A stretch of DNA of 64,000 bases from Antedon mediterranea (taxonomy: Eukaryota; Animalia; Echinodermata): positions 822,422 through 886,421 of the forward strand of contig NC_092678.1 in the NCBI RefSeq assembly GCF_964355755.1. The letters are read 5' to 3'. The notes below the pieces were generated by a model. That model was not told the DNA's origin. It did no database searches and saw only the letters and a program-made list of their open reading frames with translations. Of the stretch, positions 1-13,345 are shown in pieces; the first letter of the stretch is position 1, and every line of letters starts with the position of its first letter. Position numbers and translations under genes: made by a program.

Positions 1-514
1 TTAATTACATTTCTCAAACTACAGTTTTTTTACACAGACGCGTGTAAATAGACAGCATAAATGGATTTTGGACAACTGCAACTTTTTAAAATATATACAA
101 CATTTCTTCTTTTTTACACTTTCATTAAAGTTTATCCCCACGGTGTCAATATATTAAGAATATGTCCGCTGCTGACTTGTGACATCCAGATTGTAATGAA
201 CCAACTGATGCCTCGGCCATAAATAACTCTCTTGTGCATAAACTAACAAATTAGAAAACTTCTGCTGCAGGTCTTTCTAAAAATAAAAATTGTACATTCG
301 TACGTACACTGCTTTTAAGTCCATACTTAAGGCAAGAAATTTAATCTATTGCAATGAAATACGTAAATCAAAAACGCTATTTATGATTTGTAACGCTAAG
401 AAAATATTTATGTGTTTAAGAATTTTGAAATGATATATTGGATGATTCTTAAATGTATAAATCTAACTAAACACTTTGATACATTATAAACATTCTGATA
501 AATTATAGAAATCT

Positions 515-770
515 CCAGGGTAATGTACCCACGCCAGGGTAATGTACCCACGCCAGGGTAATGTACCCACGCCAGGTTAATGTACCCACGCCAGGGTAAT
601 GTACCCACGCCAGGGTAATGTACCCACGCCAGGGTAATGTACCCACGCCAGGATAATGTACCCACGCCAGGGTAATGTACCCACGCCAGGGTAATGTACC
701 CACGCCAGGGTAATGTACCCACGCCAGGGTAATGTACCCACGCCAGGGTAATGTACCCACACCAGGATAA
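515..770. repeat. 19-bp minisatellite (ccagggtaatgtacccacg), about 13 copies
   Basis: Direct tandem repetition is visible. It explains the repetitive ORFs 408-1037, 503-760 and 577-762. Confidence 0.95.
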
Positions 771-977
771 AGAACTTGATTTGTTATTATAGTCTTTGGT
801 AAAATTTAAAAATTCATTCCAGATTTTAAATGAACAATGCCACGCATGCTTAACCCGGGTGACAGCGAACTTTTCAGTTTCATCATTTGAAGTCGCTTTA
901 GGAAATGTTTTAAAACTTACAGATGAACTTGCCTTCTTTGTTCTGTTAGGCTTTGTTCTGTTAGGCTTTGTGAGTGG

Positions 978-1290
978 AATAGAAAGTTGTGACCCTTTAG
1001 TTAGCATTGAACCCTGGACCTTGGGATTGGAAGGCAAGCATGTTAATCACCAAACTTTAGCTCCAATACAATTAAATTAAATCAAAAACATCTGAATATT
1101 TGGGCACATCACATTTTTTGTCACATAAAGTTTGATAGTGGAGACAGATCTTAATAGGAAGTGAAGTAGAAAAAGTTGTGATCCCTTGTCAGCATTGAAC
1201 CTTGGACCTTGGGATTGGAAGGCAAGCATGTTAACCACCAATCTACCGCTTCACTACAACCTGTCATTCAATCAAAAACATCTGATTATT
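978..1290 (-). mobile_element. Two degenerate tRNA-derived (tRNA-Gly-TCC-like) SINE heads, about 980-1100 and 1165-1290, separated by a MITE end
   Basis: The minus strand reads ggttaacatgcttgccttccaatcccaaggtccagggttcaa, resembling a tRNA anticodon arm (TCC) and B box. There are two diverged copies and a third fragment near 17140-17185. Confidence 0.55.
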
Positions 1291-3159
1291 TCATACTTGT
1301 TTTGAGGAAAAAATCTGTATCTGAAATCTGAAGATGTTTTTTTTGACACTTTATGAGGAAAAGTTGAATTATGTGAATTTGAGCATTTCTCATTATTTTG
1401 TTTGACTGATGTCACATTAGCCAATAGACAGTGATGTTTTTAACGTTTATTCTGACACTTAGTGTCATGGTAACGATAGCTGGAGGATCAGATTGATAAA
1501 ATGTGTGCTTGCTAAAGTTGATATTGCTGCAGGATTAGTAAGAAAGTATTTTAATTGTCATCATTAATATCAAAGTTAGTCATTATAGAGGTGCTTTTAA
1601 ATGCTTGTAATGTACGCCTACAGCATTTCTTGTAGAGGGTGATTGGATTTTATTCAAAAGGGGCTTGTCACAATAGAATTTGTCTTTTTTACAAACATGT
1701 CAGGTTTTAAAATTTAAAGTATCTTTATCGTTAGGATGAATGTGACTTTGACAGCTGCTTGTGAGTGATGACACTTGCAGCTGTATAGTCTACTCAATGT
1801 TGCACATTAATGTTCCTCTCCTATGGAAAAAAATATTTCGTTTGAAGTTGAATAATATCTAAAACACTGATAATACATTTTCTGAGATTCAATTTAATTT
1901 CTATTTGAAATTGGTTTTTGGAGAATAACTTGAACCACAGTGGAATTCAAAATAAAATTATGATGAGTTTGTAGATAAACTTGAAACGTAATTAGGATGC
2001 GGCGGCGAACCAGTTCTGAGAGTGAGACATCGTCCTTGACTGACCTCCTTTCTTTCATGTCCAGTTAGAATTCCATACTTATATAAATATCCATGAGATG
2101 CTCCGTTAATAGCGATAATGAGAAATTACCAAATAATGAAATTTCAGTAATAGCATTTCAAAAACAGCAATGAAGCTGTCGCGTATGAAGCGTTGTGATT
2201 TGGCAGTTTGAATGCGATAATTAAGGACGTCTTATCGTTCAAATACATCTAAAATGAGTTTACACAGAGTGAGTGAACGAGTCAATCACTGCAGCACAAG
2301 TTAAAATACTTGTGTTGAATTGAGCACTTTTAGTTGTGCTACTGATTTGCTTACATACAGTACGTTTTTGTTTAAGCGTCTTTAATGACGACAGATTTTA
2401 TTTGGTAAGGTAAGCTTTTTTTGATGTACCGTTTCTTAATGATCTGCATGATTTATATCCCACCTGTTTGTCTAAGCCAAATAAATAAATTCAAAAGTCT
2501 TTATTACCTCATTTTGCAAACATAAGCCTCTGCTTTGCTTAATTTCTTCCTATGCTCATTGTGGGTAGGTTTATCGTAACAGCATTACGGGATACACAGC
2601 TTTCAGCATATTAAGAGAGTTTTATCCCTACAGCCTTTACTGTTTTAGCCAGTAAAACATAGGATTCTTCAGGCAGCAGTATTGAGAGTTATATCCCTAC
2701 AGTATTTCACTATAATAGTTTACACCAGTGAAATATAGCCTATTGAGTTTAGACTTTCGCTGGAGTTTTTTTCATGACTACTGGCAGTATACGGTTTTAC
2801 CGTTTATTCCTATTGAGAGAATATATCGAGTGTACTAGGAAAACTAGCCTACATCGCTATCTATTCAAAAGTTTCATAGTTTCCCTGTAGTTTTTTCATT
2901 ATTATGTTTTGGAGAAACTAGGATTGTTTAACCAGCAAGTGTTGCGTAAAATATTCTTTACTGCACAATTTTGGATGATCATACAAAAAATAGTAGGTAC
3001 TACTCTAAAGATCAAAATTATATATTTAAATATTATTTTTATTTGTTTACTATTATGATAGGTTGTGTGTATCAAATTGTTCCTTATTTTATAATCATTT
3101 TGTAACGTATATCATAATATTAATAGACATATTTTATATTTATCTCTGGTGAACATTTT

Positions 3160-3240
3160 ATTTTTATTTCAACTTTATTTATAGAGGGTAACCCTTCCAG
3201 CTGAATCCGCAGGTCAGCTGATATCCAGGGGCCCTCTTAA
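3160..3240 (-). mobile_element. Probable 3' tail of a CR1/L2-type LINE or SINE
   Basis: On the minus strand a stem-loop (agaggg...ccctct enclosing cagct...agctg) is followed by aataaa and an A-rich tail. Confidence 0.4.
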
Positions 3241-4359
3241 AAATGACAAAATATATAAAACTATACTTAACTAATACGAATCTACTATAAATATTTAAAT
3301 TTAAAACAATTAATTATCTAAAAAAATAATTATCTAAACAAATATTCAATTAGACAATTACGATAAAATGTGTATTTTAAAATTAAATTTAAACGAGTTA
3401 ATATTGAGGGTCTTGTCCCATTGAGAGCGATTTAGTTCACTTGTTGGAAAGGGAGGAGTTGGAAGGGGGAGGAGTTGTCTCTTGCCTGTCTTGTGTTCGT
3501 ATTAATAATTTATAATGTTCATGTCTTTAAATACTGTGTGTTCTTTTTATATTGGGTACAAGAAAAACAATAATACATCAGATGGGACAAATTGTATTGT
3601 GGTATATTCCAAAATCTAAAATAAAAGCTTAACTATGACAGTGATAAAGTACTCAATCAATGTTGACAGGTAATATAATGCATGTGCATTTATCGAACCT
3701 CATCAGCCGTGGCGGAACAAAGGTTTTTTTTTACTAAATTAGTTTTCAAAAAACAGAGCAATGTTGAAATGAATACATTAACCGAGATGGCATTGTAATA
3801 ACTGACACCTCTCTCGCTTCAGATGTCTAAAGAGGAATTTTATGGAATTATTTATTGATTACCTTATGTTTTAGGTTTTATTTGATAACATTGCCATCTA
3901 TTTTTATTTACTGTAAATAATCTATGGATACTTTAGAAAACCCCTTTAATCCTGCTTTTAATGTAAAGTATAATATATTGTTACTATTATTATTATTATT
4001 TATTGGACAATTATATAACACCCTAAAGGCCTAAACAGAATAACTTTCATTAAAACTTTAAATTTAAACTTAAAATTGTTAAATTATTTCACATAAAAAC
4101 CCTATTTTTAATTTAAATCTAACGTTATGCGGAAATCTTAAGAAAAAAAATATTACTTATTTTTTAATATAAAATCATAGTCAATAACTGAATTGATTTA
4201 AAAAAAATAATATCAATCAACAACATAATAAAAACATGTTACAACATTACTAATTAATTTCCATTATATCGGCGAGTGGTTTACAGTTTCTTTATTCGGA
4301 AAAAAAAAATATTACTAATAATATTATTAATATAAAATCATAATCAAAGACTGAATTGA

Positions 4360-4764
4360 CTGAATTAACTTATTCATTCATTAATTTATTCCTTCCCCGA
4401 AACCTTGACTCAGAAATACCGGGATGGTGTCCGGCGGGGGATAGTTTAACCCTAGCTTAAGTTAGTGCATGCTTCATTTACACTCTATTCTTAATTCTGG
4501 CCCCGAAACCTTGACTCAGAAATACCGGGATGGTGTCCGGCGGGGGATAGTTTTACCTTAGTTAAGCATAGTTAAGCTTAGTTAAATTTTTTTTTTCACA
4601 TTATTGATTGTCTTCATCCCCGAAACCTCGACTAAGAAATACCGGAATGGTGTCCGGCGGGGGATAGTTTATTACCATTAGTTAAGGTCTTATGTTAAGC
4701 ACCTAGAGGGGTCAGTGATCCATTAGGCGCTATATAAATACTGTTTATTATTATTATTATTATT
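4360..4764 (+). mobile_element. Non-autonomous retroelement (SINE-like) with an L2-type 3' end and three copies of a 50-bp GC-rich motif
   Basis: It ends in taagcacctagag...taggcgctatataaata...(tta)n. It interrupts the second copy of a local duplication, while the first copy (about 4130-4280) shows the empty site actgaattgatttaaaa. Confidence 0.6.
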
Positions 4765-4956
4765 GATTTAAAAAAAAATTAACATCAATCAACAACATAA
4801 TAAAAACATGGATTAAAATACTGTAAGGTTCGTTTACAACATGAATTACAACATTCAGTATATCGTCGCCGGGCAGTTTATTTCTTTACGATGTAAATAA
4901 TCATTATAATAATACATTTATATCTTAACAGAGGAAAGAAGATACGTTTGTCTATT

Positions 4957-5529
4957 ATGAATTTATTCAAAGCTGAGAAGAGGCTTCCATCTAAGAGCGA
5001 CGTTGAAATCGTCCAAGAATGTCTGCTCACAGAACTAGAACAACAAATTGTAGACGTGGAAGAAGTTGAAAAGGAGCAAAAGGAAGCCGTGGAAAAAGCA
5101 TCCAAATGCACATATCAAGCGGATTACTCATGGTTAGCCAACCGAAAGATACAACATTATCAAATACCGGTGCTAGAAAGACTACAAATAGAGGAGTTAT
5201 GTTTATCTGTTAAGCCGTCAGAAACGAGACAAATCATAATGAGATTTAGAATGTTATTAACGAGGAAAACGGCGTTGGAGGATGTTGCTCCGGTTCTGAT
5301 TTCCGTGATAAAACAAATTATTCAAGAACGCAACAAAGAGGAGAGTTTTTCCGAGTGGTTAGTTCGAAGGTCGTCAAGTTTGGTGTCGTTGAGATCGAAC
5401 GTTAGAGTTTCACCTGTGAACGATTCGACAGATCAAACGAATGAATCTAAAAATAGACACCAGTGTTTTATAACAAACTCAACAACAGTAATTAGTTTCT
5501 GTAATAACCTTGATGATTTACCAGTATAG
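4957..5529 (+). CDS. RD3: RD3 (retinal degeneration 3)-family protein, 190 aa, single coding exon
   Basis: Motifs LLTELEQQ, ADYSWLA, LERLQIEELC and IIMRFR correspond to RD3 LMMELTGQ, VDYSWLA, IERLQLEDVC and AILRFR. The first ATG is at 4957, downstream of a splice acceptor at 4930-4931. The ORF track's TTG start is not used. Confidence 0.85.
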   Translation: MNLFKAEKRLPSKSDVEIVQECLLTELEQQIVDVEEVEKEQKEAVEKASKCTYQADYSWLANRKIQHYQIPVLERLQIEELCLSVKPSETRQIIMRFRMLLTRKTALEDVAPVLISVIKQIIQERNKEESFSEWLVRRSSSLVSLRSNVRVSPVNDSTDQTNESKNRHQCFITNSTTVISFCNNLDDLPV

Positions 5530-5867
5530 ACATCGGCACATTTTTGCATTTCAATTACGGAACATTCTCTATTAAAGGCATCAATGGTGAAAATGGAAAA
5601 ACTGTAAATTACAAAATGTACTTGTGCCTTATCTACAGATAGGTAAATTAAGGACACATATAAATTTTATATTTCAATTGACTTTAGAAGACGTCATGTC
5701 AGGAGTGACAATTAATTACGGTAAAATAAACAATCCAAATTGATGTTTGCCACGATTAGTCTGGTAAATTGAATTAAGTGAATATTGATGTTTAAATGAG
5801 AAGATTATCTTACATAGGTTTTGAGTACAGACTTAAAATCATTAAAGGATTATGACAAAATTATTTC

Positions 5868-6052
5868 ACTGCAATTACTGCAGTAACTACATTGTTTACT
5901 GCAATAACGTATGATTTCAGGCAATAAACAATTTGCATGGTTAACCCATAGAGGAATATTTTCTCCATGGTTAACCAGATAAAAGCTTGCTAGTAATCGC
6001 ATAAACAAGTTAATAATGAATAAACAAAGTATAGTTACTGCAGTAATTGCAG
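5868..6052. mobile_element. Short MITE-like element with about 21-bp terminal inverted repeats
   Basis: ctgcaattactgcagtaacta ... tagttactgcagtaattgcag. Confidence 0.5.
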
Positions 6053-7297
6053 TTGACTAATTTTGACAGATGGTCCATTCTACGCTTCCAACGTTATTTC
6101 GTTTTTACTAAGAGTACACTTTAAAATGAGTGCTATATTACTATTAGTGCACTATTGCATGATGGTAAATGGTGCTAACTGTGCATTAATGGCACTATTG
6201 TATGATATCTATGCAGGGCACACTATAGTATTAATTATTATATTATGTGAAAGCAATCATTTCAATTAATTACCAAATTTTCCTCTCATTTTGTTTGCTT
6301 GAAATGGTCAGTAAATGTATTATTTAATTAAATACCAATGTTTTATTTGGCAGTGTACAATACTTATAGGTCTACAATTTCTTTGCGTTAGTTTTGAATG
6401 TTTGTCTCTAAATTTTAATAATTTTATCAAAGTATACTGTACATGCTTTGTATTGAAATGCTTGCCCAATGATCCGAAAATCATAACGCTACTAATCAAA
6501 CGAATTATCCAGTTAAAAAAGTACTGAAGAAGTCTGACTATAAACAAAGTTAACTCCACTGCGCAAGGCCATTTTTACAAGATGCCAAACTATATATATG
6601 TTAAAAGATAAATAGATAAAGTGAACAGACAAACAATACTACTAAACTGTGAAACTATAATAAATAAACTCAAAGGGTATATGATTTGTTTAAAGAAAAT
6701 CTTATCTGATATAGTGACCATAATAAAAATAAAACTGGATCATCTATAAAAACTACCTCTTATAAAGATAAATTGGAAGGATCAGTTGGTGCTAATTGAG
6801 TGAGTTTTTGAGGAAGGGCCTACATACGTGAGTTAAAATAATTACATCGTATCATACAACTATATCACATTACAACATATCACATCACAACATACATTAC
6901 GATTGTAACATCAAACTTTCATTGTAGTCGTTCTCACTTTCAACTTGCAAACATGAAACCAACATACCATTAAAAATCAAATCAAACTTGTAATTTACAC
7001 GCTCACATTTTGTTTCAATAACTCGTTAACAAAATGTGTTTGATCAAAAGCGTGGTAATCCAACACCAATTCTTCGGCAACCTGACTTCTACAAATTAAT
7101 CATAAAAGGTTTCATCTATTACAACATAATTCCTTAAAATTCCATCGCAAACGTGTTTGCTGATGTTTCAAAATTACTAACAACGATTTTTGTGAAATTC
7201 CTTTTACTATTAATTACAATTATGATTTGTTATGGCTTGCTAGCGCAATAAACGCTTTTGGTTTGTGAATGTTAAATCTTATATGTATGTCTACATT

Positions 7298-7392
7298 AAA
7301 GCTCTGTCTACACTATCAAATTTATATGCCCAAATATGGTAGTGATATGGGCACATCACATTTTGTTGTCACATCAATTTTGACAGAGCCTT
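7298..7392. mobile_element. MITE family A (TIR agctctgtctacactatcaaa), internally deleted copy; PIF/Harbinger-like
   Basis: The same TIR family occurs at about 1095-1153, 11117, 21450, 47695-47834 and 53568-53766, with TA/TWA-like flanks. Confidence 0.7.
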
Positions 7393-7394
7393 AG

Positions 7395-7802
7395 AAGTAA
7401 GAAAAAGGTAGGCTTACACTGTAGGATATTGAACCTTCTATTGCTTAAATCAAATTGAATATTAAATAAATTATTAATTATGATTTTTGATGGCGATATC
7501 ACTAGCGTAATAAAGGCTCTCTTTTGGTTTGTGAATATTAAATGCTTTATTGTATGTCTATATTGAGAAGTAAGAGAAGGTAGGCTTACACTGTAGGATA
7601 TGAACCTTCTATTGCTTAAATCAAATTGAATATTAAATAAATTATTAATTATGATTTTTGATGGCGATATCACTAGCGTAATAAAGGCTCTCTTTTGGTT
7701 TGTGAATATTAAATGCTTTATTGTATGTCTATATTGAGAAGTAAGAGAAGGTAGGCTTACACTGTAGGGTATTGAACCTAGCATTGCTTCAAATTGAATA
7801 TT
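7395..7802. repeat. About 177-bp tandem duplication (about 2.3 copies)
   Basis: A near-identical repeated block, which explains the duplicated peptide in ORF 7374-7805. Confidence 0.85.
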
Positions 7803-9039
7803 CAATTCAATTAAATAAATCCAATTTACGTCTGTAGGCTCTGTATCGGTTTCTTCCCATTTATGCTTGGCATTCGTTTAACTTGAAATTTATCTCCGAA
7901 ACATGAACTCGCATTTGTGTGTCAACATGGTAAACGACGCTAGTAAACACTACTAATGTAAATCTATTAATAAGACTTAAAATAACCTTTAAAAACATAA
8001 AACCTATAAAATATTTAGCCTTAAGTTGTTCTGCAAAAAATGAACGCGTGTTTGTATGTGAATATATTAGACTATGATTAGTGAACTACTAACTGTAAAT
8101 GAAGATAATTGAAGACGATAAACACATGAATCTTTTAACCTTAAATTGCACTTGGATTGCTTACAGATAACAGCCACTAGATCAAATCTATTTAATCTTT
8201 AAATTGAAAACCTTTAAAAACATTTTAAAAACGTAATTACCATAAAGTTTAGCTCGTTTGTTAGGCGAGTTAAGCGAAGTCTGAATGACGCAAGGGCAAA
8301 GTGGGATGCTACTTTCAATCGCATTAGATCGTAAAGATAAATTACGTTGATCGTTACCGTTGAACGGCGCCCTAATTCAGGGGTATTATAACTCAAATGT
8401 TAAATGATATTCTTACTAACTGGTTGATGGTCATGTATACAAACCTATTCGACATTGGGTTACAGTCGATGACATAACTTGTGGACAAGTTTTATCAGAT
8501 TGCAATACATATAAATAATAATTCAGTTGTAGGTAAATCATAGATTGTTTTTGTTTTTGGTTATTGTAACCACAAGAAATAAATTGGTGTGGTTGTCAAC
8601 TGGGTTGTCAGAGGCCCCCTGTGAAACCAGCATATTTAATATTACAGCCCTGAAAATGTAAAATACAAAAGTAATGATTATCTCTAAATTTATTAATTAT
8701 TGTTATTATAAGATATTCTTATTATGTATTGCTTAAAATATATGGTAAATGTCATGTGTTTTTAACACTAAATCTTGCATTAAACTGATTACAGTTTGGT
8801 CCTTAAGCACCAAACTTAAGCACCAATTTTAAATTTAATTGTAGCCTCATACTAGAGTATGTTAGGAACAGTTAGAATAGCTTGGCTATTTACTTAACTG
8901 TAGAATTATATACTTGAACAATACATAATTTGTTCAGGTTCCCCACAGGCAAGTTTCAGGGACTTGTTCACCTCAGGGGAATTGTCCTTAGAAATGAGTT
9001 TACTATTTATAAGCATTTGCAGATGTTTGTTATGATCTA

Positions 9040-9560
9040 ATAATTCTACAAACTAAAGTACATACTTATATAGTACATACTTAGGTTGACTAGACACACC
9101 TTTCAAACCAAAATACTAAATTCTTATTTTTGTACACCGTTTCATTTTCCTCGTAAAAACAAATTGAATAATAATTCTACAAACTAAAGTTCATACTTAC
9201 TAAAGTACATACTTACTAAAGTACATACTTAGGTTGACACACCTTTAAAAACAAATTACAAAATTTCTATTTTTGTTTCATTTTCCTCGTAAAAACAAAT
9301 TTCATAAACGTCCGGTGTAGGCCTATCTAATAGTTCCTTATATAGAATAACAGATTAACATAATATTTCTTCCACTGAATTTATCTCTTATTTGTAAAGT
9401 ACATACTTAGGTTGACACGGCAACATTGACACACCTTTTAAAACCAATTACTAAATTCCTATTTTTGTTTAATTTTCCTCGTAAAAACAAATTTTACAAA
9501 TATCCGGTGTAGGGCTATCAAATAGTTCCTTATAACAGATTAACATAACGTTTCCTTCAT
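9040..9560. repeat. Degenerate tandem duplication (about 3 copies containing aaagtacatacttaggttgac...ttttcctcgtaaaaacaaat)
   Basis: Repeated blocks at about 9055, 9215 and 9395. Confidence 0.7.
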
Positions 9561-9796
9561 AAATGTTAATACATTATTTGTATCACTAAGTGCAGTGTCA
9601 CTGGATGTTAGCAAGGTCGACACTCAATTTATCCTCAAATTATTTCTCTCAACAACTTATGTTTGCAATGACAGTAATTAAGCTTTTACTGTGTAAATGG
9701 TTTATAGTCTATTAGCCTTATAATTGCAGAATGTTGCTTATAATAAACCTTGGATTCATGCTATTGTATATATACATTAATACTGAGATTAAGAAT

Positions 9797-10636
9797 GGCC
9801 CTGTTTCTGCTGCCAATCCCAAATATACCGTATAAATATACCGTATATATACCGTATATGAAATTCGTGCACCGTTTCCGCTGCACATACTTCGTGGGTG
9901 GGCTGTAAAAAAAATTGGCTTTCATATACCCAAAATGCATTTTGTGAGACGGAAGTATGGATTGACCTAGAGTCTCGTGTAGTGAGGTTACATGACAAAA
10001 ACAAAACAATGATGGTTTCTCAAAACGTCTTAGCATTGCTTTCTATTTTAAATCTAATGATCAGAAGTGGCAACGAATTTACATCGCACAAACAATCTAG
10101 AAATGTAGAATGGGCATTGACTACATTTATGCAAAGAAGACGACGGCGTTTGCCTTTAACTTTGGCCACAAATTCTGCTTTTATTTTGTTTGAGATACTT
10201 TTGTAAATCTCGGTATCTCTTCTGTTGCCATGTAGTCTCCCCCCAACCTTCGCTTCTCCCCACAATTGAATTGCAAAAACAGTTATTTCTTCAGTCCACA
10301 GTGATATTTTGATCTGTTGCTTGCTTATTATACACGTGTGTGTCAATGCAGCAGAAAAACAAACGCGTCACGCTCTGTTAGTTTTTGACCTCATGTCATG
10401 GGCCGGGTCACATATACGGTATATTTTGAGTGCAGCAGAAACGGGGTACGAAATATACGGTATATTTTGGAATATACCGTATAATATCCACAAACGATGG
10501 GGATATTTATGCGGTATATATACCGCATATATATACGGTATATTTTTTATGAGACCCATTTCTGCTGCCAAAAAATATACCGTATATAAAATATACCGTA
10601 TATATACGGTATATTTTTGGCAGCAGAAACGGGGCC
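9797..10636 (-). mobile_element. Non-autonomous PIF/Harbinger DNA transposon retaining a Myb/SANT (trihelix) remnant
   Basis: TIRs ggccctgtttctgctgcca / tggcagcagaaacggggcc with a 3-bp TSD aat. Subterminal atataccgtat palindromes are present. The minus-strand peptide LWTEEITVFAIQLWGEAKVGGRLHGNRRDTEIYKSISNKI resembles Harbinger Myb/SANT-like proteins. Confidence 0.8.
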
Positions 10637-11116
10637 AATGACGTATATATAGATGGGAGGTGGACCGGGGATGGATGGAAGATGGCGATGGATGGACAGT
10701 GGAATGGATGGGATGTAGATGACATTATTACAATAATATCCTCAAATCTGTTGATACAAATTGAACTCTAGACTATTTAATTTTCACACTATTTATATCA
10801 TGGTATCCCTACAAATTGAAAACAAATGATGGGAAGATTTACTACATAAAAACAAAAACAAGTTTATTTTTAGAGGCCGTTAATGACATTACAAATTTGC
10901 CTATCCAAAACTCCATTTAATTGACAACAAAAGTTGGTTACAAATCTACGTGCTCAAAAACAAAGTTTATTTTTAGAGATATTAATGACATCACTGCAGG
11001 GTTAGGCGACAACTTGGCATCTGATTACTAAGCATAACACACCGCATCACATGGGTCTAGCATCAATAGGCATGTTAATCTCTTCATCATCATTATGTAT
11101 ATTAGACAAGCATACT

Positions 11117-11465
11117 AAAGCTCTGTCTACACTATCAAACTTTATGTGACAACAAATGTGATGTGCCCGTATATGGACATGATGATGTCATATCACTACC
11201 ATATTTAAGTACATCAGTACCATATTTGGGCATATCACTGCCATATTTAAGCATATCACTACCATATTTAAGTATATCACTACCATATTTGGGCATATCA
11301 CTGCCATATTTAAGCATATCACTGCCATATTTAAGCATATCACTACCATATATAAGCATATCACTACCATATTTAAGCATATCACTACCATATTTGGGCA
11401 TATCACTACCATATTTAGGCACATCACTACCATATTTGGGCAAATCACTACTATATTTGGGCATT
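11117..11465. mobile_element. MITE family A copy with its internal 21-bp unit (atatcactaccatatttaagc) expanded to about 13 copies; right TIR missing
   Basis: Left TIR at 11117. The unit occurs singly in the copies at 47695 and 53568. Confidence 0.8.
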
Positions 11466-12095
11466 TCCAATCCTGGATCATGGCTTGTTTGTTCATATTT
11501 TCTTTTCCTTCCAATAAAAAAAAAATCAACCAACTATAAAATCAATCTAAACGCTTCAATTTACATAATCTATAATATCAAATATAGTTGTCATGGCAAT
11601 ACATTAAGAATGCATTAAGAAAACCAACAGTGACAATAAAATATTATTTTTATAACAGCTAATGTTACGACCACTACTGAGAGAAACATTAATACTGCCC
11701 CCTACAGTTCTATTAATAGATCCATAGAATGTGCGATTGTTGATGAATCATGAAGGACTTATTGTTAGTTTAGACTTGAGAACTAAAGCTTAAGAAGCAT
11801 CACTTATAAGTATATTGTTTTCTTGTAGAAAAGACATCCCGTACTAGATTGAAACTTAACACAATCCTATAAGTAGATCTTATTCTGTACAAACTATGTC
11901 ACTAGTCACGGAGGAACGTTTTAATTATTCTATAATGGCTCTTGTGGTTTTGATATTTTATAAATAAAGTTGTGATCAGTTTTAATGGCAAATCATGAAA
12001 AAAATACAGCAGACGCAGAACAACTACAACAGACATTGAAACATAGTCTAGCAGAACCTAGGAAACCATGACAACAACCTAACAAATATTAGCAG

Positions 12096-12323
12096 CCGAC
12101 CCTAACAACAACTAACAACTCCCTAACAACAACTAACAACTCCCTAACAACAACTAACAACTCCCTAACAACAACTAACAACTCCCTAACAACAACTAAC
12201 AACTCCCTAACAACAACTAACAACTCCCTAACAACAACTAACAACTCCCTAACAACAACTAACAACTCCCTAACAACAACTAACAACTCCCTAACAACAA
12301 CTAACAACTCCCTAACAACAACT
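12096..12323. repeat. 21-bp minisatellite (ctccctaacaacaactaacaa), about 11 copies
   Basis: Perfect tandem repetition. Confidence 0.95.
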
Positions 12324-13072
12324 ATGGCATATAGCTTTAAGTAGAGAATTATTATTATTATTATTACTATGGCATATAGCTTTAAGTAGAGAATTATTAT
12401 TATTATTATTACTATGGCATATAGCTTTATTATTTATAGCTTTAAGTAGAGAATTATTATTTCTTTAGTGTATTAAATTTAATCAGTCTAAAAAACATTA
12501 TTAATACAAATAATTGAATTAACTTATTCAGGTGTATTAAATAAAGGCTTTAACATCTCTGCCAGTCACTTACAAACACTTTTATTATTGATGTGTTTTC
12601 ATAAGTTGTTTAAGATACACAATTTACTACTTATAAGAGTTATAAATTGGTCATTGAGAATTATGACATGCCTTCATTTTCATGTCATTTGGACATGTTG
12701 TTTCAATGCGTTAAGATATTAAATGTAAACATATTACAGTAAATTTAAAGATATTAAATTTAAAGACATTAATGTTGTAAGTAAATCAACTGCATGTTAT
12801 TTCATTCTGTGGCCGTCACTATGTCTACTACTACTATATGAAAAGTAGAAAGATAGGTGGCAGCAGACCATTTTTGTTCAATATCATGTTTTATTAATAC
12901 CTTGGAAAAAGAAAGTTCTATTTTAAGTTATCTAGTTAATGTGAAAGTTTATTGAGAGAAGCTAAAATAGAAAAGACATAAATGAAGCTAAATTGACTAG
13001 GCTAGGCTACCAAAGACTGCAAGACCATCCAATCAGACAATTATGCAGATAAAAACAGATTATTATCTAGAC

Positions 13073-13345
13073 CAGTGGCGCAAAGCAGGAAACCGAAGTA
13101 GCCCTCCAACACTGGAGGGCTACCACATATTTTATGCGGTAGGGCCCCCATAAGCCCCGGGTCCGCTGGGTTGAGCCAGTGAGCGCTCATAGCCATTATG
13201 CCACTGCTCAGGGCTCCCATAAGCTCCCGGGTCCGCTGGGTTGAGTAAGTGAGCGCTCATAGCCGTTATGCCACTGCTCAGGGCCCCCATAAGCTCCTGG
13301 GTTCGCTGGGTTGAGCCAGTGAGCGCTCATAGCCATTACGCCACA
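13073..13345. mobile_element. hAT-like MITE (cagtggcg...gccactg) with its right end triplicated as a 69-70-bp tandem unit
   Basis: 5' end cagtggcg. Three copies of agggcccccataagc...gagcgctcatagccattatgccact. Confidence 0.55.

Noticed and set aside
408-1037. 209-aa ORF and overlapping repetitive ORFs
   Set aside because: They are products of the 19-bp minisatellite read in shifting frames, with no domain signal.
4394-4445. Hammerhead or HDV-like ribozyme in the triplicated motif
   Set aside because: I found no CUGANGA core and no HDV-type nested pseudoknot on either strand by eye.
11135-12307. Repetitive ORFs (KYGSDM.., LPYLSIS.., LVVVREL..)
   Set aside because: They are translations of 21-bp tandem repeats and are open in several frames.
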